Assembly (NCBI GenBank): GCA_046758405.1
Contig: JBHIAD010000001.1
Location: forward strand, 1-36,864
Length of the DNA: 36,864 bases
Source: Candidatus Methylomirabilales bacterium
GTDB lineage: Bacteria; Methylomirabilota; Methylomirabilia; Methylomirabilales; CSP1-5
Reading direction: 5' to 3'
Shown here: positions 31,537-36,864 of the stretch, one piece after another
How positions within the stretch are numbered: the first letter of the stretch is position 1
Layout: each line of letters begins with the position of its first letter
Translations under genes and position numbers: made by a program
The notes under the pieces: generated by a model
Databases searched by the model: none
What the model was told of the DNA's origin: nothing
Seen by the model: only the letters and a program-made list of their open reading frames with translations

Positions 31537-32279
31537 TGGAGCCGCTCGAGCAGTCTCCGCGCCTGCTCGGCGTAGAGCCCCGTGGGCTGGACCTCCACCA
31601 CGCGCCTGAGGATCGCGCGGGCCTCCTGCATATCCCCCGCCTGGAAGTGGGCCAGACCGAGGTTCCAGAGGAGTATTGGGCGGTCGGGGACGAGCTGGAG
31701 CGCCTTGCGGAACTCCTGGACGGCCAGGGCGTACTGCCGGCGTTCGAGGTAGAGGAGACCCAAGTCATTGTGGGCCAGGACGTTCTCCGGCGAGATATCC
31801 ACGGCCTTCTGCAGGTACGTGAGGGTTTCGTCGAGGCGATTGCGCTTCCGCGCGATCTTGGCGAGATTGACGTAGGCGTCCGCCACCTGAGTGAAGACCG
31901 GATCGGCGAGGGCCCCCAGGAACTCGCGCTCGGCCTCCCCCAATTTCCCCTGCAGCAGATAGACGGCGCCGAGCAGGTGGCGCGCGTCGGAAAACCGGGG
32001 ATTCAGATCGATCGCCCTCTCGAGGGCCTTCGCCGCCAACTCCAGCTCCTTGACCAGCAGGAAGGCCTGGCCCAAGGTGAAGTGAAAGCGCGGCTCGCGC
32101 GGCTCGCCTTCCACCGCCTTGGAAAACTCCCGGATCGCTGCGCGCGCATCCCCGCTCGCCAGCAGGGCCTGCCCGATCTCGTAATGGCTCTTGGGGCTCC
32201 TCCGGCCCGGGTCCGTCGTGGCGCACCCGACGAGGAGGAGCAGTCCCACGGCCACCCTGGCCTCCCATCGTCCTCTCAT
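31533..32279 (-). CDS. TPR-repeat lipoprotein (PilF/PilW-like)
   Basis: Lipobox LLLLVGC at the N-terminus, then about 6 TPR-like repeats (A..Y..LG..Y...G....A...F.KAL...P pattern). The stop overlaps the rlmN start (ATGA). Confidence 0.75.
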   Translation of the reverse strand: MRGRWEARVAVGLLLLVGCATTDPGRRSPKSHYEIGQALLASGDARAAIREFSKAVEGEPREPRFHFTLGQAFLLVKELELAAKALERAIDLNPRFSDARHLLGAVYLLQGKLGEAEREFLGALADPVFTQVADAYVNLAKIARKRNRLDETLTYLQKAVDISPENVLAHNDLGLLYLERRQYALAVQEFRKALQLVPDRPILLWNLGLAHFQAGDMQEARAILRRVVEVQPTGLYAEQARRLLERLQ

Positions 32280-32294
32280 GCCCTAGACTCCTCT

Positions 32295-33326
32295 CTATCG
32301 ATCCCGCGCCTGGATCGGCCGTCCGTCGCCCTGAAATTGCCGGACTGCTCGGTTGTGCTCGTCGAGGGTCCGGGAAAAGTAATGCGTCCCGTCATTCTTC
32401 GACACAAAATACAGATAATCCACAGATGCCGGATTCAGTGCCGCCTCGAGGGAGCTCCGGCCCGGATTGGCGATCGGCCCGGGTGGCAATCCGTACCGGC
32501 GATAGGTATTGTACGGGTGATCCCGCGCAAGCTCCCGGCGCGTCAGTCTGCCCGCCGAGTTCTGGCCGTACCGCACGGTGGGATCCGCCTCCAAGCGCAT
32601 CCCCCGGCGCAGCCGGTTGTAAAAGACGCCGGCAATAATCGGCTTCTCGGCATCGACCTGGGCTTCCTTCTCGATGATGGACGCCAAGACGACGATCTCG
32701 TATCGGCTCATCCCCAGCCGCTCAGCCCGCACGGCGTCCTCCGTGGTGAAGACCTCCTGGAAACGCTGGAACATTGTGTCCAGGATCTCTTCCTCGGACA
32801 TCCCCTTCACCAGGTGATAGGTGTCGGGGAAGAGAAAGCCCTCGAGCGTGGTGGCCTCGAGCTCGTACCGGCGCGCCACGGTCGGATCGGTGGCCAACGC
32901 CATCAGGCGAGCGGGATCCACCAGCCCCTCCTCGGCCAGCCGGTCCGCAATCTCGCGAAGGATGTACCCTTCCGGGATCGTGATCTGGTGAACGAAGACC
33001 GCACCCTCTTCCAGCCGTCGAATGACGTCCAGGATGCTCATCGCAGGGGTGAATCGGTACTCGCCCGCCTTGAGGGCATCGGCGGAGCCCCGCAGCGTGG
33101 TGAGCCCAAGGAAAAGCCAGCGACTGCGCACCACCCCGGCATCTTTCAGGATGGCCGCCACCTCCCAGCCCGTGCTCCCGGCCGGCACATCCAGCAGACG
33201 CGGGCTCGAGGCGGGGCGGGGACCGCCCCGCAACCAGGCGGTGAGACCCGCGATCACGATCACCGTCACCAGAGCGGTGCCGAAGCGGATCCAGGTCCGC
33301 CGGCCCACTTCCCTCCAGAGCCTCAT
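32295..33326 (-). CDS. mltG: Endolytic murein transglycosylase MltG (YceG-like)
   Basis: 343 aa. N-terminal TM helix, LASIIEKEA, and YNTYRRYGLPPGPIANPG, the YceG signature. Confidence 0.9.
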   Translation of the reverse strand: MRLWREVGRRTWIRFGTALVTVIVIAGLTAWLRGGPRPASSPRLLDVPAGSTGWEVAAILKDAGVVRSRWLFLGLTTLRGSADALKAGEYRFTPAMSILDVIRRLEEGAVFVHQITIPEGYILREIADRLAEEGLVDPARLMALATDPTVARRYELEATTLEGFLFPDTYHLVKGMSEEEILDTMFQRFQEVFTTEDAVRAERLGMSRYEIVVLASIIEKEAQVDAEKPIIAGVFYNRLRRGMRLEADPTVRYGQNSAGRLTRRELARDHPYNTYRRYGLPPGPIANPGRSSLEAALNPASVDYLYFVSKNDGTHYFSRTLDEHNRAVRQFQGDGRPIQARDR

Positions 33327-33808
33327 GATCTCGTCCCGGCGGAACCGGCCCCGCCCGCCCGCCGACGGGCCTCGCGGTCGAGGTACCCCTGGAGCAGGAG
33401 CGTCGCCGCCGCGCTGTCCACCACCTCCCGTCGCCGCCTCCGCCGGACCCCGGCCGCGATCAACACGCGCTCGGCCTCCTGCGTCGTCAACCGCTCATCC
33501 CACAGCAGGACTGGGACCTCGAGGGCCACACGGACCCGGTCGGCAAAGGCCTTCGCTTCAGTGGCCGAAGGACCCAAAGTGCCCGAAAGCCCTTTCGGCA
33601 AGCCCACAATCACCCGCTCAATCCCCCAGTGATCCCGCAGCCCTTTGAGATAGTCCAGGTCCCCCCGCATACCCTGCCTTCGCCTGGCAGGGAGGGGCTG
33701 GGCGGTCACCAGCAGCTCGTCGCTCACGGCGAGGCCGAGGCGAACCGTCCCCCAGTCGATCGCCAGAATCCTCCCCACCACACCGAACCTCCCTGCGCTG
33801 AGCATCAT
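33323..33808 (-). CDS. ruvX: Holliday-junction resolvase-like pre-16S rRNA nuclease RuvX (YqgF)
   Basis: RILAIDWGTVRLGLAVSD, IVGLPKGLSGTLGPSA, LWDERLTTQEAE. Start chosen at ATG 33808 (alternatives 33805 and 33826). The rest of the track ORF, up to 34201, is antisense to the neighbouring gene. Confidence 0.85.
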   Translation of the reverse strand: MMLSAGRFGVVGRILAIDWGTVRLGLAVSDELLVTAQPLPARRRQGMRGDLDYLKGLRDHWGIERVIVGLPKGLSGTLGPSATEAKAFADRVRVALEVPVLLWDERLTTQEAERVLIAAGVRRRRRREVVDSAAATLLLQGYLDREARRRAGGAGSAGTRS

Positions 33809-33895
33809 CACCACTGGCTCATTCATAGCAGCGGTCGGGGAGGGTGTCAACGCGAGGACTGGCAAGCCCTTGACTCCCAGGAGCGCTCGTGCACA

Positions 33896-34636
33896 ATGGC
33901 CTGCATGCGACGTCGCCTGATGCAGCTCTACCACCTGATGTTTCACCACTTCGGCCCCCGGGGCTGGTGGCCGGGCCGAGGCCCCTTCGAGGTCATCGTG
34001 GGGGCGATCCTCACCCAGAACACCGCCTGGAGAAACGTCGCCAAGGCGATTAGCAACCTCCGTGCCACCCGCGTCCTGAGCCCTGCGCGCCTCAGGGCCC
34101 TTCCCCGAGAGCGGCTGGAGGAGCAGATCCGGCCTGCCGGTTACTTTCGGGTCAAGGCGAAGCGGCTCCGGCACTTTCTCACCTGGTTGGAAAACCGGCA
34201 TGGGGGGAATGTCACGCGGATGTTCCGACAGGACTCAGCGGGGTTGCGCCGAGAGCTCTTAGCCATCTCCGGGATCGGCCCCGAGACCGCCGACTCCATC
34301 CTCCTCTACGCCGGGGGGCACGCATGGTTCGTGGTGGACGCCTACACCAAGCGGATCCTCATCCGCCACGGCCTGCTCCAGCCGGACGCGACCTACGCCG
34401 AGACCCAGACCCTGTTCATGGGGCACCTGCCCCAGGACGTGCAGCTTTACAACGAGTACCACGCCCTCCTGGTGGCCGTGGGGAAGACCTACTGCCGTCC
34501 CCGCGACCCGCGCTGCACCGAGTGCCCCCTCATGCCCGACCTGAAGGCCCACGGCCTCACCGCGCCGCTCCCCCTCGACTCGGCGCACCCCGCCAGGGGC
34601 CGAGGGGTGCGGCGGCGGCGGGGCCCTGCCCCTTGA
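33896..34636 (+). CDS. Endonuclease III-related HhH-GPD family protein
   Basis: FEVIVGAILTQNTAWRNV, HhH ISGIGPETADSILLY, VVDAYTKRI (catalytic Asp context), and a C-terminal CRPRDPRCTECP cluster loop. I used the start at ATG 33896. Confidence 0.8.
   Translation: MACMRRRLMQLYHLMFHHFGPRGWWPGRGPFEVIVGAILTQNTAWRNVAKAISNLRATRVLSPARLRALPRERLEEQIRPAGYFRVKAKRLRHFLTWLENRHGGNVTRMFRQDSAGLRRELLAISGIGPETADSILLYAGGHAWFVVDAYTKRILIRHGLLQPDATYAETQTLFMGHLPQDVQLYNEYHALLVAVGKTYCRPRDPRCTECPLMPDLKAHGLTAPLPLDSAHPARGRGVRRRRGPAP
34052..34067 (-). promoter_or_regulatory. Sigma-54 (-24/-12) promoter consensus match, antisense within the endonuclease III-like CDS
   Basis: Minus strand reads TGGCACGGAGGTTGCT, matching TGGCACG-N4-TTGCW exactly. 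It points toward ruvX (start 33808). No supporting UAS was identified. Confidence 0.3.
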
Positions 34637-34687
34637 CCTTCCTCCTCGCCCTCCGGTAGAGTGTGGCAGTTTCGCCGGGAGGGTTCT

Positions 34688-35182
34688 ATGCTGATCGGTC
34701 TCATGTCCGATTCCCACGACCACCTGGAGCGGATCGAGCGAGCGGTGGAACGGATGAACAGCGAGAAGGTAGACTCGGTCATCCATGCCGGGGACTTCAT
34801 CGCGCCCTTCGCCCTGGATCCGCTGGACCTGCTCAAGGTCGACTGGGTCGGGATCTACGGGAACAATGACGGGGAGAAGGTCGGGCTGAACACACGATCG
34901 GCGGGGCGGATCACCAAGGGGCCGTTACGCCTCACCCTGGACAACCGGCGGATCACGGTGGTGCACATTCTGGGCGACCTGGACCTGAAGGCCGAGCAGG
35001 AACAGGCAGATGTAGTGGTCTTCGGCCACTCGCACCGGGCGGAAACGCGAAGCGAGGGAAGCCTCCTGTTGGTGAATCCCGGGGAGGTGTACGGTTGGCG
35101 GACCGGCCGGGCGACGGTGGCCACCCTCGATACCAAGACGCTCACCGTGAGGTTCTACACCCTATGGTCAAAATCAGCGTAA
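34688..35182 (+). CDS. YfcE/MJ0936-family metallophosphoesterase
   Basis: MLIGLMSDSHD, VIHAGDF, GNNDGE, FGHSH metallophosphoesterase motifs. GGGAGG RBS before ATG 34688. Confidence 0.8.
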   Translation: MLIGLMSDSHDHLERIERAVERMNSEKVDSVIHAGDFIAPFALDPLDLLKVDWVGIYGNNDGEKVGLNTRSAGRITKGPLRLTLDNRRITVVHILGDLDLKAEQEQADVVVFGHSHRAETRSEGSLLLVNPGEVYGWRTGRATVATLDTKTLTVRFYTLWSKSA

Positions 35183-35556
35183 AGACCCCCACGCGCGAGA
35201 TCCTGGTGGACATCACCAAGGAGGTGCAGAAGGCAGTCCACGCCGTGGGCTTCCAAGAGGGCATCTGCACCCTCTACACCCCCCACACCACCGCGGCCCT
35301 CCTGATCCAGGAGAACGCGGACCCCTCGGTCGGCCGCGATCTCGTCGCCCAGCTCAGCCGCCTCTTCCCACAGCAGGCCCGGTATGAGCATGACGACGGC
35401 AACGCCGATGCCCACATGAAGGCCAGCCTGATCGGGGCCTCCACCCAGCTCTTCGTGGAAGGGGGCACGCTCTGTCTGGGGACCTGGCAGGGGATCTTTC
35501 TCGCGGAGTTCGACGGGCCGCGGACCCGGCAGGTCTGGATCAAGTTCCAGGGCTAA
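35164..35556 (+). CDS. yjbQ: YjbQ/UPF0047 family protein (secondary thiamine-phosphate synthase-like)
   Basis: 130 aa. ITKEVQKAV...[40 protein letters not shown]...[15 protein letters not shown], the characteristic UPF0047 sequence. Confidence 0.85.
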   Translation: MVKISVKTPTREILVDITKEVQKAVHAVGFQEGICTLYTPHTTAALLIQENADPSVGRDLVAQLSRLFPQQARYEHDDGNADAHMKASLIGASTQLFVEGGTLCLGTWQGIFLAEFDGPRTRQVWIKFQG

Positions 35557-36551
35557 GCCACCTGCAGGACCGCGGCGCCCCGCAGACGGCTCGCCTTCAG
35601 GTCCCGGAGGACGCGGTTGGCCTCCTCGAGGGGAAAGCGGGCAACCTCGGTCCGGATCGGGATCTCGGCGGCCAGCGCGAGGAACTCCCGGGCGTCCTGG
35701 CGGGTGGCGTTGGCCACGCTCCGCAGCGTCCGCTCCCCGTAGAGTAAGGCGTAGGGCATCTGGGGGATGGGGCTCATGTGGATGCCTGCGAGGGCCAGGG
35801 TCCCGCCTTTCCGCAGGAGCTCCAGCGCCCGGGGCACCAGGGCGCCAGCGGGGGCAAAGCAGATGCTCGCGTCCAGCAGGGCGGGAGGGGTCTCCTCGGC
35901 TCGGCCGCTCCAGACGGCCCCGAGGGCTTCGGCGTGCCGGCGGTGCTCCGCCGAGCGGCTGAAGACGTAGACCTGACACCCCCAGCGGCGGGCCACCTGG
36001 ATGGTGACGTGGGCCGAGGCGCCGAAGCCGTAGAGCCCCAGGTGCTCCCCAGGCTGGATCTCCGAGAGCCGGAGCGCCCGGTACCCGATGATCCCTGCGC
36101 AAAGCAGGGGCGCTGCCTCGGTATCCCCAAACCCCTTTGGAATGGGATAGACAAAACCGGCCGGTGCGATCAAGGCCTCCGCGTAGCCGCCGTGGACGTG
36201 CAGCCCGGTGAACCGGATCGCCTCACAGAGGTTTTCCAGGCCCCGGCGGCAGAAGGAGCAGGCCCCGCACGTGGAGTGCACCCAAGGCACCCCGACCCGG
36301 TCGCCTCTGCGGAGACCGGAAACTTCCGGGCCCACCTGCTCCACCACGCCGACGACCTGATGACCGGGGACGATCGGTAGGCGCGGGAGCGCAAGCTCCC
36401 CCTCCACCGTGTGCAGGTCGGTGTGGCAGACGCCGCACGCAGCCACCCGGATCCGCACCTCACCCGGCCCCGGCTCCGGCTCGGCCAGGTCAGTCAGCGC
36501 CAACCGATCTCGCTCAACTGGCCCCGGCTCCTTCAGCACCATCGCCCGCAT
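35553..36551 (-). CDS. Zinc-dependent alcohol dehydrogenase (MDR family)
   Basis: 332 aa. [14 protein letters not shown], the structural-Zn motif [15 protein letters not shown], and the GxGxxA-type fold [10 protein letters not shown]. Confidence 0.9.
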   Translation of the reverse strand: MRAMVLKEPGPVERDRLALTDLAEPEPGPGEVRIRVAACGVCHTDLHTVEGELALPRLPIVPGHQVVGVVEQVGPEVSGLRRGDRVGVPWVHSTCGACSFCRRGLENLCEAIRFTGLHVHGGYAEALIAPAGFVYPIPKGFGDTEAAPLLCAGIIGYRALRLSEIQPGEHLGLYGFGASAHVTIQVARRWGCQVYVFSRSAEHRRHAEALGAVWSGRAEETPPALLDASICFAPAGALVPRALELLRKGGTLALAGIHMSPIPQMPYALLYGERTLRSVANATRQDAREFLALAAEIPIRTEVARFPLEEANRVLRDLKASRLRGAAVLQVA

Positions 36552-36694
36552 AGCTTAACTCTATCACCCCTGCGCTAGATAAGGGTAGTCGCGCCCCAAT
36601 TCGTATTGCTTCGGCGTTCCTCGGTCGCGGAACAGCCTCGCAATTTCAGGTATTCTAGCCCCAGGGTCGGGCTGGTCCATGGGGCGGAAAGAGA

Positions 36695-36723
36695 CCCCCG
36701 CCGCGGTGGGGGCGCGGCGGGGG
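36695..36723 (-). terminator. GC-rich hairpin with a weak U-rich tail (candidate terminator of a gene beyond the window end)
   Basis: cccccgccgcg / gtggggg / cgcggcggggg is an 11-bp perfect stem with a 7-nt loop. On the minus strand it is followed by TCTCTTTCC. Confidence 0.4.
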
Positions 36724-36740
36724 GAGAGGGACGGCCGGCT

Positions 36741-36789
36741 AGTGCCGCACCAACTATCTCCCACTCATACACTGCACTGGTGCGGCACT
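36741..36789. repeat. Perfect 12-bp inverted repeat with a 25-nt spacer
   Basis: agtgccgcacca (36741-36752) is the exact reverse complement of tggtgcggcact (36778-36789). The spacer is actatctcccactcatacactgcac. Confidence 0.6.
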
Positions 36790-36864
36790 TCCGCTAGGGG
36801 GGCAGGCCTCCCTTCGGCGCTCGGCTGTCGCCTCGCTGAGCACCCCCCAGGCGGAGGGGAGCCT

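Noticed and set aside
31317-33632. 771-aa plus-strand ORF, the longest plus-strand ORF in this part of the window
   Set aside because: It is antisense to the well-supported TPR lipoprotein, mltG and ruvX genes. It is Arg/Pro/Gly/Ala-rich with no motif, which is the typical high-GC shadow ORF.
33870-33898. TTGACT-17-ACAATG as a promoter for the endonuclease III-like gene
   Set aside because: The putative -10 box overlaps the ATG start codon itself. That is incompatible with this start unless a downstream start is used. Not supportable.
1-36864. CRISPR arrays, transposases or integrases, prophage genes, toxin-antitoxin pairs, and tandem repeats longer than the heptad arrays
   Set aside because: I scanned the ORF translations and intergenic regions and saw no repeat-spacer periodicity, no DDE, tyrosine- or serine-recombinase motifs, and no phage-like genes. 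The window looks like core chromosome apart from the 25.1-30.3 kb locus.

Overview
High-GC (roughly 65% by eye), densely coded bacterial chromosomal window. I recognised no rRNA, tRNA, CRISPR array, transposase or integrase. Layout: (1) 1-9102, minus strand: a housekeeping block with rng, then a promoter, then rplU-rpmA-obg-proB-proA-nadD-rsfS, a receiver-less sigma-54 activator, a DksA/TraR zinc-finger protein and comF (partial, absent from the ORF track). (2) 9469-13456, plus strand: a polar amino-acid ABC transporter (ATPase, binding protein, two permeases) and an NPP-type phosphodiesterase. (3) 13498-21237, minus strand: a tightly packed catabolic operon encoding 2-oxoacid:ferredoxin oxidoreductase alpha-beta-gamma (no delta), a 966-aa FAD-oxidase/Fe-S/CCG fusion, enoyl-CoA hydratase and a family III CoA-transferase. 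(4) A DEAD-box helicase and citrate synthase. (5) 24511-25095: an ORF-free, GC-rich gap of about 590 nt. (6) 25096-30341: the most interesting locus. Two adjacent minus-strand ORFs are joined in frame by a single TGA (27327-27329), giving ...AVGG-U-GSCTSG..., a predicted UxxC (UGSC-type) selenoprotein with a hairpin just downstream of the UGA. It is co-oriented with an uncharacterised 367-aa protein, a HAD hydrolase, an SDR and a small membrane protein, and lies divergent from a LarA/DUF2088-like gene. (7) 30418-36551: rlmN, a TPR lipoprotein, mltG, ruvX, an endonuclease III-related gene, a YfcE-like phosphoesterase, yjbQ and a Zn-ADH. Other signals: a repeated palindromic element of about 85 nt built from GTTCAYR heptads fills two intercistronic spacers in opposite orientations; the 24.5-25.1 kb gap carries a 17-nt identity to the 16S rRNA 3' terminus; a perfect sigma-54 promoter consensus lies antisense inside the endonuclease III-like gene. 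Many long ORFs in the track are antisense shadow ORFs typical of high-GC DNA and were rejected.
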